Below, piece after piece: positions 39,406 to 51,568 of a DNA stretch of 64,000 nucleotides (position 1 is the first letter of the stretch; every line of letters begins with the position of its first letter). The position numbers and the translations under genes were made by a program. The notes under the pieces were generated by a model that saw only the letters and a list, made by a program, of their open reading frames with translations, made no database searches and had not been told where the DNA came from. The stretch comes from Lophium mytilinum (Eukaryota): assembly GCA_010093605.1 (NCBI GenBank), contig MU004184.1, forward strand, positions 2,304,801 to 2,368,800, in the 5' to 3' direction.

Positions 39406-40857
39406 ATGGCGATGCCGTCAGTCCCAGTGTCCGCGCCCGATAACCCTCTCTACATCGAGGAAATTCTCGAGAACATCCTGCTGCGAGTCGACCAGCGCAC
39501 TCTCTTGCGCGCCCAAGGCGTAAATCGGTTCTTCTACAACTGCATCCAGTCTTCTACGTCTCTGCAAGATCGCCTCTTCTTCCGTTCTATCACTCCGCCT
39601 AGCTCCAGAGGATCGGACGAGGCCGACGAGGGTGCAGCGAAATGGACAATCAACCCCTTGCTTCGCAGCCCGTTCATTCCCTTGGTTGCGAGGCCAGGAT
39701 TCAGATTCAATACGGACCATGGAAACGATCCAGGGACGCTGGATCAACCACTTACAATCTATACGATCGTGACTTCGACATGTACGATCGCTGTCCAGGA
39801 ACGCAATGGCACTCGCACATATCGTACGCACGTCGATAATTGTTCGGTAGACCTGTCGAGAGACCCTCAGTCAAATCTTTGCGTGATTGTTGCCGACATT
39901 GCAACCATCAATGCTGTCAATGATGGCAATGTCGTTCATAGGCAGTCTGTGTCCCATAAAAATCCACTAGCTGCACCGGCAGTCTCAAGTCTCTTGCCGG
40001 ATCCACAAGCCGCTGCAATTGCGCCTTCTGGGAAGCTCTTCACCCAATTAGCAGAAATTTGCCTACCGGAGTCACCTGCTCGATCGTTGAGCAACCCTTA
40101 TAAGAGACCCCCTTATCGATACTGGTGCTGTTTCGGTCTCGATGAGTCGGTTTGTGGCGGGCGTCAAAATGTGATGCCAACGAAGTACATTCCAATTCCG
40201 CTGGATGTTAGCAGCAACCTCCATCGCAGCAGGACTCGAACCAGGAGCGCAAGTATCTACGCAACTGACGTCAGCTGGCGTGATATGCAAATCACGTATC
40301 CTCCGATCACAGGCTTTCTAGTTCATGCAAGAAACAGCAGGCTGGAATATCCACGGGGTACTATACTTGGCTCCAGTGAAACCATCGCCACGGTCGTGTT
40401 TCCTTTGAGGCCCAGCAGCCTGCTATCGGTTTCCGGCCGAACGCCATCCTATTCCGCGGCGTATTTCTGGGAAGATGGCAGGCGGGCCATGGATCGAACC
40501 AGGCTCGATTGGTCCGAGTCTGAAGACGGGAAAACGGAGAGTGGAGCTCTACATTCGATATACTACATGCAGTCCCCGACTGGGCTGACATTGGGGCTTC
40601 TCCATGATCTGGCCTACCATATCTGTGCGCCTCAAGATGAAAGTGGTACCACCAAGCATCCACGTGCCACGTGGGTTATGTACATCTCGAGCGCGAGCAG
40701 TGACGCCACAAGCGGCAAAGCCTTGAAGAAAAAGTGCGACTTAGAACTGATAGTTTCGGTGGGAGATGCAAAAACAGTGGCAGTGGAGCGACCTGTGGCT
40801 CAGGAAGATCTTCTTGATCCGAGAGTCAAGGCTGCTTATGGCGATCCGGAGAGATAA
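39406..40857 (+). CDS. F-box domain protein
   Basis: 483 aa ORF with N-terminal F-box (IEEILENILLRVDQRTLLRAQGVNRFFYNCIQSSTSLQDRLFF), INPLL and SWRDMQITYPP motifs typical of fungal F-box expansions. Confidence 0.82.
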   Translation: MAMPSVPVSAPDNPLYIEEILENILLRVDQRTLLRAQGVNRFFYNCIQSSTSLQDRLFFRSITPPSSRGSDEADEGAAKWTINPLLRSPFIPLVARPGFRFNTDHGNDPGTLDQPLTIYTIVTSTCTIAVQERNGTRTYRTHVDNCSVDLSRDPQSNLCVIVADIATINAVNDGNVVHRQSVSHKNPLAAPAVSSLLPDPQAAAIAPSGKLFTQLAEICLPESPARSLSNPYKRPPYRYWCCFGLDESVCGGRQNVMPTKYIPIPLDVSSNLHRSRTRTRSASIYATDVSWRDMQITYPPITGFLVHARNSRLEYPRGTILGSSETIATVVFPLRPSSLLSVSGRTPSYSAAYFWEDGRRAMDRTRLDWSESEDGKTESGALHSIYYMQSPTGLTLGLLHDLAYHICAPQDESGTTKHPRATWVMYISSASSDATSGKALKKKCDLELIVSVGDAKTVAVERPVAQEDLLDPRVKAAYGDPER

Positions 40858-41328
40858 CAAAAAGGTGGTAGTGGAGCGGCCTATGACTCGGGAAGACCTT
40901 GAAGTTCCAAAGATAAGGCTGCTTGTGGATGGTGCACGGGATCAATGGATAGTGGGATGCTTGAGGTTAGATGAGGAGGAAACAAAGCTGGCAACTCTGG
41001 CACGTCCATATGGCGCGGTGGTCTTCAATTCCCAGATCTTCCATGCACCGGACATACAACCATCCAAAGCTTTCCGTGGAGCTGACAGTTCTGGTGCGGC
41101 CTGATAAATTACTTTTGATTGTAATCTGTCTATAGCCAAGACTTCATTGGTGCTTGATTTACGGATACTGTGCAAAGTGATACTTCAAAAACTATGATAA
41201 GGTAGCATTCGTATTGAAAGGGACAGACCATCCATTTGTCTAGGATTAATCTCGTGAATCTCACTTTCTGCCTTTCCTCTTCCACCTCAGAATTCCTTCT
41301 CAAACTATAGGATAGGCGGGGAGACGAC

Positions 41329-41555
41329 CATGATAGGTCATAAGTTTGGGTACACTCGTTCGCCCTAGCCTAGTGCACCCCTACACAGTATGGAGAAACT
41401 AAGGCTAATGCCGAGTTTCAAACAGTGCAAATTAGATTGCCTCTTGACTGATTGGTTACTGAGTAGCTAAGCTACCCCCGACAGTGGTGTCGAGTGAGCA
41501 AGATTCAAGCCAAGCAGAGATGAAGCCGTGTGCCCAGATTTGTGACCTAATACTG
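41329..41555. mobile_element. Tc1/mariner-type MITE, copy 2 (degenerate, inverted relative to copy 1)
   Basis: TIR remnants TGATAGGTCATAAGTTTGGGTACAC and GTGTGCCCAGATTTGTGACCTAATACTG. Internal GCTACCCCCGACAGTGGTGTCGAGTGAGCAAG matches the reverse complement of copy 1. Confidence 0.8.
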
Positions 41556-41905
41556 GATAGTTCTGCGCACTGGGTTATCGACGATATGGCAATGTGCCCA
41601 TGGTTTCAAATCTGAAGTGCAGATACAGTATTCTTGTATATTACAATGTAGAAAATGATTTCTGAATAGTGCTACTCTTCAATCAGAGACCTATGCTTAG
41701 CTACCGCACTGAAAGTTTCGAATCAGAAAATGGCACCTCCTCCATAACGAAATGGGAGCCGTGTCCACCTTAACAATCAGTTGAGGGCCGAAACCTTTCG
41801 CTCTTTCATGCCCCGGATGGGAATATGCAAGATTTGATCTGACTTACCCACGCCGTGTGCACTGTTCGGCCAGGCCGCTCCTTCTGGGAGGCCGCATGCC
41901 CTCTA

Positions 41906-42331
41906 CTAAGTGTGCCGGGGAACCAGATGGGGGTCCACAAACATCGCTGTTCGGCACGTAGGGCAAAGATGTCTTCCTCTCAGAACTGATTCCTCAACGT
42001 GCTTGCGCAAACATTCTCGGCCAAACACATGGCGGCACTTGTCGACGATGACTGGTTCATGAGTATTGCTGTACTCACCCAAGCATATGCCACAGGTGCC
42101 TAGAGAGCTAGTGAAGGTTTGGATGTCGACTTGAGGGCGGGAAGTGGGAGCTTCGTTGGAACGGTTGGCATAGAACGAGTTTATAACCTGCTCGAATATT
42201 CCTTGCTGATCTATGAGTTGGTGAAGCTCATGTTCTAGGACTGTGCGACGATCATGTTGTTGCTGTCCGACCTCACCAATGAGACCTCTTGATTTCACTT
42301 TCACATTGAAGGCTGTTTTCTTGGGAGGCAT
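41906..42331 (-). CDS. Small RING-finger protein (tandem paralog)
   Basis: CGICLGEY...CRHVFGRECL...CPTCR; the C-terminal ~70 aa is highly similar to the neighbouring gene. Confidence 0.75.
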   Translation of the reverse strand: MPPKKTAFNVKVKSRGLIGEVGQQQHDRRTVLEHELHQLIDQQGIFEQVINSFYANRSNEAPTSRPQVDIQTFTSSLGTCGICLGEYSNTHEPVIVDKCRHVFGRECLRKHVEESVLRGRHLCPTCRTAMFVDPHLVPRHT

Positions 42332-42503
42332 TTGGAATATGGGTTTACTTTATCAAAGCAAAGATACTGTATTATTAGCAGCAGTGATCGACATGCCTTC
42401 TCAACGACTTCTAACTACTTTATCTTGTTACGTAAACCTACAGATAGGAGAGAAGATAAAGAGCTAAAGAGACACCTTGGGACAGATAGTGAAGCCCATG
42501 CTC

Positions 42504-43589
42504 TCAACCCTCAAACATCACCGTGCGGCAGGTTGGGCAAAGATGCCGCTGGCCCAGAGCCGACTCGTTTACATGATTCTGTAAGCATTCGGAGCCGAAT
42601 ATATGCCGGCACTTGTCCAAAATAATTGGCTCGTGAGTACTGCTGTACTCCTCTAAGCATATTGGGCAGGCACCCAAGCTGCTGGTGAAGGTCTGCATGT
42701 CGACTTGGGTGCGATTTCCACCTTGAAACATAGCGGCCAGAGCTGCCCTTGCCCTTATCCGGTCCATCGTCATCTGGCGCTCTGCTTCCAGAGTGGCGAC
42801 CCTCTGCTCTGCCAAAGTGTGTCGAATAGTTGCAATAGTGAGTCTATGGTCGTTGGCGGCCATACCATTCTCTATGGCTCGACTGTATCTGATGTCAGTG
42901 TGTCGCATGCTCTCCACAATTTGATGAGCATTCTGCTCTGCGTTGTTTGGTAGCTGGCGGAGTGTCTCAAGGTACGCCTGACGTCTAATGCGCCGAGAGA
43001 CCGCTTCTGAGTATCCAGCTCGTAAGTTGACTGAGCGCTCTACTTCTTCCCTGATAATACGTTCCAACATTTCCTGGATGATTTGTTGCTGAGGGGCGGG
43101 CAATCCACCGTCTTCTCCCGAACTGTCTTGACGGATGGTAATTTGTCGAGTACCAGAAGCTCTTGCCAGAAGTCGTTCAGCGCCACACTCGACCACAACG
43201 GCGGCAGGTGACTGCATCGCTACTAGCCGGACACGAGATCCGACACCCCTGATATACGCAGAACCTAGAGCGGTGTATTGACTGTCCTGGCTGAGGAAGG
43301 CGATATGCTCGGATCCGGTGACGATGAAGTCGCGCGCCTCCTGTAATGGCAGAGCTGGCTCGTCTCCATTTCTAGACTTTACGGTCGCGCCTTGAGGTAC
43401 TCGTATTGTGATGGAATCTTCGTTGGTAACCACAAGAAGCTCACCAAGAGCAGTGGCGAATGTCATGATGGATCGGTCGTCGAGGTATCCTCGATGGAGG
43501 GCATTTTGGGTCAATGCATGAGCAGTGTACAACAAAAGGCATGCGGAGTTCGATGAGTGGTGACCGAGGCTATTCATCTCAGTAGCCAT
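42504..43589 (-). CDS. RING-finger protein with central coiled-coil
   Basis: 361 aa ORF; CPICLEEY...CRHIFGSECL...CPTCR at the C-terminus. Confidence 0.82.
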   Translation of the reverse strand: MATEMNSLGHHSSNSACLLLYTAHALTQNALHRGYLDDRSIMTFATALGELLVVTNEDSITIRVPQGATVKSRNGDEPALPLQEARDFIVTGSEHIAFLSQDSQYTALGSAYIRGVGSRVRLVAMQSPAAVVVECGAERLLARASGTRQITIRQDSSGEDGGLPAPQQQIIQEMLERIIREEVERSVNLRAGYSEAVSRRIRRQAYLETLRQLPNNAEQNAHQIVESMRHTDIRYSRAIENGMAANDHRLTIATIRHTLAEQRVATLEAERQMTMDRIRARAALAAMFQGGNRTQVDMQTFTSSLGACPICLEEYSSTHEPIILDKCRHIFGSECLQNHVNESALGQRHLCPTCRTVMFEG

Positions 43590-44133
43590 GTTTTGCGGTT
43601 TGGTTGTCGCGCAGTGGCACGGTTGCTGGGTTGGTGAGGTGTGGGTTTTAGGTTTTGGGTTGTGTGTTGTGATGGGGGAAGAAAATGAAGTCGGAATGAG
43701 TGAGATTTACTTAAAGTGCGGCTGAGCCCACAGATTCAGTAGAGCCGTGAATGCAAGTCTTCATTTTACAACTAGAAGACGAGACAGTCGATTGATTGCA
43801 CTGATTCACCAATGCGCCTCCCCTGCTCTAATCTGCGGGCTTGAGATCATTACATCCTGTTCAAGATTTTAGAGTATGCCCAGGGGGAAAGGCGTCGAGT
43901 TTGAGTTCCCCAAATCATGTATCACAGTGGTCAAATACGGAAAGTCATACTCTAGTAGTTCATATCAGCGCTTATATGGCTATGCCTGCTGAAAGTACCG
44001 GTTTTCATGTACAAATCTGACTTATTAGTACATGTGCTTGGAAGAACAGTAACATTTCATTACCCTCACCATCACCCTACGCACCCGAAGCCTCGGCGTC
44101 CTGAACATCCTGAATGTCTTCAACATCCACCAT

Positions 44134-46408
44134 CTACTCATCTTCCGACAGGGGCTCCCATACGGGTGACTCCGGAGAGGTTGCTCTAGGCGGCAAGCGG
44201 TGGACATCCTTCCACCCCATGAGGCGATTCGACTCTCCAGGGATACTTGCGGAAGATGTAGCTTTACCGCTCATATCATCCAAAGACTTCACACCGCGTT
44301 TGTTGACGTCCTCGAGCTGCTCATCAGACAGATCCTGCTGCGAACAGAGCTCGAATACGGTCTGCTCCCAGTTTGGGTCTTGCATGTCAAAGATAATGTC
44401 GTGCTGGAAAAGGTAATGATCACGCATGACTTTCAAGCTACCCCTAACAGGCTTTTCTTCTTTGGGACACATGGAGCAACTGATAGCGACGTGCGTTCCG
44501 TCGCTATTCTTGAGTATGCATTTATGCGGCCAGAGAGGGGTGCTCATGAATTTCTTAGTCGTCGCGTCATCGGCCCTCGCGCCTCGCTGTGCACGATAGT
44601 GATACGGGGTAGGAATACGTGGCTCAGTGATATCTGCATCAAAGAACTCTTTCGAACATGTTAGCAGCTTGTTCGGAGGGCTCAGTGTTGTAAATTTACT
44701 TACGATTGTAATTTTTCTCCCCAAGACTCCGTATTTCTAGCACCGTTTCTTTTGACACGACTTGACGGCCACACATTTTCAAGGTTACTTCGGCCGAATA
44801 GGGGTCGTAGATATACGGGATGAGCACATTGTGCTCTACCACCATATGATCCAACATCTTTTTCAAGTTGTTTCTAAAGGCTCGCTCTCCTGTGCAGAAC
44901 TTGCAGTGGATAGCAACAAAAGAACCATCGCGAGCTACGAGAACGTGCTTCACCCACTCGGGGATTATCAAATCTATCCTCGGTATCCACTTTCCGTGCT
45001 CCGCATCGCTATCCGGAGTACGGGGTCTTTGGTAGTCTATCGGTTCATTTACGAACCAATTCAACCACTTTGACTGATAGTCATGTTCGACAAGATGTAA
45101 GTCGTTTTCCGGTCCGTCATTTTCCAGAGGCTCTTCTCTCTTGGAGTGGGAAGCCGCAAACGGTGAAGCTTGCCCTTGGGCTTTGTTGCTTTCGACAGGG
45201 GGCGAGGTAGTGGGCGTGCCGACTCGATCTACAGTGGAATTCGCAGAAGTCTTGTCTAGAACGCGCTGTGACGGGGCGGTGTTCGTTGGAAAGGTGTTGT
45301 GTGTGCGGAGATCATTGAGGCCCTGGGGATACAACTCGGTAGTCATAGGAGTGACTCCTTCGTTTGTATTTTCCGCTCGGCTGTGGGGGTCGGAGGCCGG
45401 TACAGCCAAACCAATTCGCTGGGGAGGTTTCGAGTTTGAAATATAGTCCAGTTCGGAATTTGAAGTATCAGACCCCGATACTCCATCCGAGTCGTCGAAG
45501 CCATCTGAGTGATTGAAAGCGTCTCGAGCCTTAGCTTTGGTGCCGTCGGAAGTTCTGAAGTCGTATCGAGGCTGTTTACCCTGGGATACCGTCGGAGGCT
45601 TGCAACGTATCTTCTTAATGACCGGGCGACCTTGGGCACGTGTTTTCAGAGCTTCGATTTCTGTCGGGGAGTAGGTCTTGTTACGGCAATCGGCAATAAC
45701 ATCGAGAGGAGATAGTACTTGGTCGTGGAATCGGAGTAGATGGGCACGAAAGCCCTCAATGCCATTCAGGTATATCAAGCGCCGCCGATGGTTGCCAGTT
45801 GCGTTGCCGTGACAGACTGGGCAAATTAGATCAACATATTCTCCCTCCGGCGTCCAAACTACTGTAGGATAGCGGGATATCCTATGTCTCGAGGCGTCTT
45901 CAAGCGTAACATCCACGGGAGAACCATCAGGATCCAGCGCCAGCGGAATCGAGCCGGTCAAGTGCTTGGGAGGGGTTACCGCCGCGAATGATATAGCGGT
46001 CTCCGCATTTGGTGTGGGTGGGACGCTTGAAGGATGGGGGGTATCGGCCGTGGGGATATGACATTTAGACAATTCTAGTTTGAGGCGCGTCTACAAGAGT
46101 TAGTCGGGAAACTGTAATGGGTCGTGCCCACGCGCAATGAGATCCACATTCTGCTGGGAAAGAACACTTACATCCATGATATGGCATACGCCTTTCGCTC
46201 CCTCGTAAAGCTTTGCGCGCTCCTTCACGAGTGCTTGAACTTTATTGCTGTCAAGACTCTCGCCGCCCTGCATATCGATCTCAATGTCGATATCACCAAG
46301 GCGTCTTCCGACTCGATAAAGCAGGAGGCCACGAGTTCTCACAAGGTCTGCCGTGGTGCCGAGCGGCTGGGGTTCCTCCTCGATGCCGTCCATGTCAATG
46401 CCGTCCAT
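44134..46408 (-). CDS. Uncharacterised protein with three CxxC...HxxxH zinc-binding modules, paralog A
   Basis: Three listed ORFs join in frame through introns 46091-46189 (phase 0) and 44649-44703 (phase 1). Modules: DLICPVCHGN...GIEGFRAHLLRFH; AIHCKFC...DHMVVEH; AISCSMC...DHYLFQH. Confidence 0.8.
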
Positions 46409-47312
46409 GGCTGATGGAGTGGGTCGTCTAATGACTTCGAGAACTGTAGAATTGCAGGAGACACTCAGATGAGCGGAGCGGGAAGTGAACCTGGATTTAG
46501 GGATGTGGACAAGCCGCCCCGAGGAACCGAAAGTTTTTGCGTGATGACGCAACAGGTAGGAAATTAGCGGCAAACACTTGTGGTGAATTGCTACACCCGA
46601 TGGCCCTAACCACCCTCTAGAAACAAGGCACTTCAACCGATCCCATGTAAGAGAAGAGGCCCCGCTAGGCAACGTTGGACTGGATCGAAACCTCTTTGAA
46701 GAGGTTTCGGTCTAGGATATATGCGTATTGCTCTTTTCTATCGTCTTGAAATTTGGGATTGTGATGAGGGTTACGTTCTGATCGTATTCCGATTATGCAC
46801 ATTCCTAGTGACTCCTTCGATGGCTAAAGCAATCGTCTCCAATGTCAATTCTTCATGTGCCAAAATGTATCACGATGTTATAGCTCCTGTTAGGGTCCAT
46901 GCAGAAATTATATCTCGGTAAGCCAAAAATGTAAACCTGTATAACGGTATAAGGGCTGAGCTGCCGTTAGCCAATATCGAATAATGCTTGGTCTTGATTT
47001 CTCAACACAACGTGGCCTTTAGCGTGTTGAAATACTGCGGGGGACTTGTATTAGCTATGCTAAAAACCCTACGGTGAAGTGATCATGATGCGTTATCCAG
47101 GATCCATCTGTTCGAGCCCACCGATTAAGTAGTAGTGCTGGGGGCGTGCTAAACCCCGGTATCTAGTAAGATTTAGAGAAAATGCGCACCACGTTTCCGT
47201 GCACTTGTACTTCTCATTAACGAGGATACGAGAAGGGAGAGTTTATCGGAGAGAGAAAAAGAGAGGATGCAAAACGTATACGCTTTCCAATTCCGCAATA
47301 TGGGTGGGTTGT

Positions 47313-47585
47313 CAGGGCTGTCAAGCAATCAACCAATTGCTCCGTTGAATTGAATTGATTGAAGTCTTGGCAATCAATTCAATCAATCGGCTATCTGGAG
47401 AAGGTTCAATCAATCAATCAGGAGGGTCTGAATTGGTTGACCATACAAATGACTGTCAATATTGTCAATATTGCCAATATTGACGGTTTCAATCAATTCA
47501 ATCAACTGAGACCTCTGCTGACTAAGCCGTCAATTCAATCAATCTCGAGGGGGCTGATTGATTGATTGATTGCTTGACAGCCCTG
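47313..47585. mobile_element. hAT-type MITE (273 bp)
   Basis: 20-bp perfect TIR CAGGGCTGTCAAGCAATCAA; 8-bp TSD TGGGTTGT/CGGGTTGT (7/8 match); subterminal CAATTCAATCAA repeats. Confidence 0.88.
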
Positions 47586-48129
47586 CGGGTTGTATAAATT
47601 AAACGTGATAGGCTCGCCTCGCCTCTATCGCACCCTTATAAGCATACTAAAGGAAGTTCTAAATAGTTCCTACTTGGGAACGCCCATGTGCACGGACGAT
47701 GAAATTACGTTCGCGCCGTGACGGTTTCATGTCTCTTATTAGACTCTGTAGCACTGGCGAGATGAGGAACTATTCTAAAAGAAGCGAAAAGAGGCATCCT
47801 TGGGCTCTGTCGATGGAAGTGGAAAGCTAAACTTGGATGTGCTATGCTAGCGCCTACTCTATATAAGTTGTGAATGAAAGTTAAGTTATATAGTTAGTGT
47901 AATTTTCGCAGCGACCACCAATCACACCCGCTTAGAGCAGCGAGCATTTCGCTCGTTAGTCCGTTGGTCGGGCGGGCTCCGGTCAGTTGTACCTGTGCAC
48001 TCGGTCTCACGCCTCCCACAACAGATTACCGTGAGGAGGTCGTTACAGCTGCACTTGTATAATCGGTCGGTACCCCTAACCCTGCTACGCTGATGGATAA
48101 TGTAGCGCCCTGGTCTAAGTAAAGTAGGT

Positions 48130-48257
48130 GATATCCTACTGGAGCATCTAGGCTTAGCCTGGAATTGGATTATGCTCTTTGCGGTGCCCTTACTGAGTGT
48201 CCAGGCCTAGCCTGGGTTCGAATCACGCTTAAGGCACTTCACCTTTTTTGCTTTTTT
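48130..48257 (+). repeat. tRNA-like (B-box-containing) repeat / degenerate tRNA pseudogene, copy 1
   Basis: GGTTCGAATC at 48215-48224 followed by T-runs; ~100 bp similar to 54648-54765; TGGTCTAAG (tRNA-Leu D-loop-like) just upstream; no complete cloverleaf found. Confidence 0.6.
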
Positions 48258-49723
48258 ACTTTCGCTTTGCTCGTCACCTAACTAACGATCGTCTAATTAT
48301 GGAGTTTTCTTGGGATTACTATCCTAAACACATTAGCGCAACCACATCTTCACTTCTTCCCGCATATTAGGTGGTCTAGGCGGACAGCGAAGCTATCTAG
48401 CGCAGGGTCACAGGACGTTTTTAACACCCGAGACTGCTGTGAGAGCATGAGCTACTCGCTGATCCTCGAATATTGAAATCTGGTCTCTGAAGAGGCCTGC
48501 TCGAAGATAATCTGCCCCACCCCGAGCGATTCTCAGGTTGTCACCCCATGCTTCGAGGCGCACCACCGGGAAGATCAGGCTCTGTCGGAGTTCTCGCTGT
48601 AACTGAGGGACCCAACACGCGCCCGAGATCAAGCCTGTCAATATTTCGGAGTTTGTGCGTTTGGCCGGGGTCCTAAAGGTCGCATAGATCCTCTAGTATC
48701 GAAAGAGGATATAGATCGAGCTATGGAGCAGCATTCCGCTAGCCGGGACAGCATTCGCTCCGGCAGTACAATCCCAGACAGTTTGGCCCAGGGAGCGAAG
48801 CCGTTGCTCAGGAGTAAGAGTCTAGTCTCGTAGAATTTATCTCGTAAGCATATTCGATGGAGGGAGTCGTGAATGTTTCCCCTCCCGGAACTACGACGGC
48901 AGGGCTAGGCCGAGTAAGATCACTTTCTCACTCAGCAGTATATACCCAATTAATCGAACACCTTAGAAGCCCGTCTGTCCATGTTGAAGCAGAATTGAGA
49001 ATATTATCCGAGAGCGGCTTTGCAACGACAGTCAGTCAGAGCGAGCTCATCGACGCCGCGCATCCCCGTAACCCTTCACCAGAGACCGGAGCCAGCTTAA
49101 ATTTTCACTCATGAACACCTGGTCTGTCTCCGAGGACACAAGGAAGTGTGCTTGAATTTTGAGGGAGTGCGGATCCTTAAGCCAGGAGAGGAGATATCGC
49201 AGCTGCCGCCTTGCAAGTTACATCCTCAAAGCGCCTGACACTCGTTCCGGAAGACCTATTCATGGCGTCTCTGTTGCTATTCGATGGGGGGACTGCCCTC
49301 GAGACATCCCACCCTGGCGCGCTGGGCTGAATAGTATGGGTGTTCATCTCATCAACATGGCTATGGTTTCAGCCTAGAACATATAAGATGGAGAGGGTTA
49401 TGTTCTGGAACCGCAAGCACGAAATGGAACCCAAAGAAAAAACTGCGGCGCATGCAGCAAACGGGGATTGCTTTCGACGGTACCTCAAAGCTACATAGAG
49501 ATATTGTGCAACATAAGGTACACCAAACTCGAATGGTGAGCAACATTTAAATCACAAGCGTTTTAACTTCACGCAATTGATCGTACATATAAGCACTGAA
49601 CGCAAAGAGTGAATTGAGTACTTGGTGGTTCGCGAGTGCTATCGCGGTACAGTATCTTATCACCTAACGTACGGCCTATGTACCTCATTTGTGAAGGCAG
49701 TAAGCTGAGAGACTACTGCATTC

Positions 49724-51568
49724 TTAGATGGCGCGTCCTGATGCTTCTATACTCTCGGCCGGAAGAGCGAACACACCGACAGATAAGCTCTTCTCATTGC
49801 CCTGGTCGACCGGTGTCCCTGGCTCGGGCGAGTCCGACGGAGCCGGGAGCTGATGCTTGCGCTTCCTAGCCAACTTTTCCCTATGGGCGAGAAAGGCGAT
49901 GGTGGTGAAGACGATGATGTTGAAGCCCGCGACTACGGCGGCGGCGCGGTTGCCAGGAGTGACGTATGGTTGGTGGATTTGCTGGAACCAGACCAGCGGG
50001 ATCCAAGCTTGGAAGGTGTCTATACATAGCGTTGTTAGCAAAGTTGCAAAGGTCTTGGTCTAAGTATACTCACATTGGAGAGTGTTCATTGCGGCTGCAG
50101 TGAAGGCTCGTTGCTCGGCATTATCGGAGATAAGCTCTGCCATCCATGCCATTGTCAAGGGCACCATACTTCCTCCGATGGATGATACGATGTACAAAGG
50201 TGCACGATGTGAGAAAGGGCCCATGACCGGGGTGACAACCAGCAAGACGAACACAACGATGGCGATCATGTTGGAGAATAGAATGACGGGCCATCGGCGC
50301 CCTCGTAGTGGCCCGTCGGAGAGCCAAACGCATGTCAGAGAGTACACAGCCGTGAAAGCGTTACCGAGTGTGGGGTATTCGTTCTGTCAAGTGATATCAG
50401 TATCGGGCTTTACCATGCGTTCAACACAACGATCCGGAAGAGAACTTACGATTTGGGCGATCGAGTAGACCTTTGGCTTCCCCTTCTTGTTGTGCGCCTT
50501 GAGCCAGAAGACAAACGCCGTGAAGGGTTGGGACCCAAATGGCTGCATCGTGAAGATGAGTGTGAAAAGGAGGGTTTTCCAGCTCGTCAGAAAGCCGAGG
50601 AAGGTTTTGACGGTGTACGGCTTGCCTTCGGGTTTGCGACCGGCCCTTGCCATTCTTTCTTTGGCAATTTGGATATCCTATGTAGGTGTGAGATGTGTTT
50701 AGTTCCAGCTCTGCGCACCACATGAACACTTACACGCTCGCTGAAAATCCAGCTGGGTTTGGCGGTCCCTGGCGTGTCCGGTAGGAAGAAATAGGCCAAG
50801 ATGGCAATAGGCAACGAAATGACACCATTGATGACTGCAACATGTTAGCCAGAGGCTCACGACGTCTTCGGTAAGCGATCTCGTACCAAATAACCATCTC
50901 CATCCAGCAAGACCCGCATGACCGTCGAGGCCATTGTAGATACCAGCTTGCAAGAAGCCACTGAAGATGGGCGCAATCGAGACAGCTGACTGCAGGATAC
51001 CGTTTCGCTTTCCAAGCTCGCCTGTCGTAATGTGTTAGCAATCGTGTCCTGAATAGGCAAAGGATAGCAGCGTACGTTTATTATACCAAGACCCGAGCAC
51101 GTAGTAAAGAGCAGGCCAGTATCCCGCCTCGAAAAGACCAACGATGAATCGAAGTCCTAGGATTGCATGATATGACTTGGCACCAGCTAGGGCAAACGTA
51201 AAGACGGTCCAGCCAATCTCTTGAAAGGGGATCCAGATGTGAGCAGGGACGCGAGTCAGGATGATGTTGGACGGCCACTGCCCAATGATATAACCAACGG
51301 TCCAGGAGACGACGATGTAGTTGTACTGATTACCATAGAGGCCGAGGTCCTCTTTCATGCCGGAGACGAAAGCATTGGTGATGTTGGAGGTGTCGATCCA
51401 CTTGATCAGCATTCCAAGGGTTCCGAAAGTCAAGAGCGTAGCGTCCAGCTTGAAGAGAAATCTTCGTTCCTCTTTCGATACATCGGCGGAGTCCCACAGC
51501 CATCCTCGCCAGCTACGGGAGACAGTTGAGGACGTCGAGGACGTGATTGATGCGGCTTTCTCAGCCAT
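49724..51568 (-). CDS. MFS transporter of the allantoate/pantothenate permease family (Liz1/FEN2-like)
   Basis: Motifs ERRFLFKLD, IDTSNITNAFVSGMKEDL, GYIIGQWPSN, LRFIVGLFEA, LGSWY-ELGKR, GLAGWRWLF and FFLPDTP; multiple GT-AG introns. Confidence 0.9.

Noticed and set aside
46681..46714. Short hairpin CGAAACCTCTT-tg-AAGAGGTTTCG upstream of paralog A
   Set aside because: Isolated; no equivalent found upstream of paralogs B or C.
47340..47575. Regularly recurring CAATTCAATCAA motif, superficially CRISPR-like
   Set aside because: Eukaryotic DNA, short irregularly spaced motifs, fully explained as subterminal repeats of the hAT MITE.
48073..48083. CCCCTAACCCT, resembling a telomerase RNA template or telomeric repeat
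   Set aside because: Under two repeat units and no other supporting telomerase RNA features; expected by chance.
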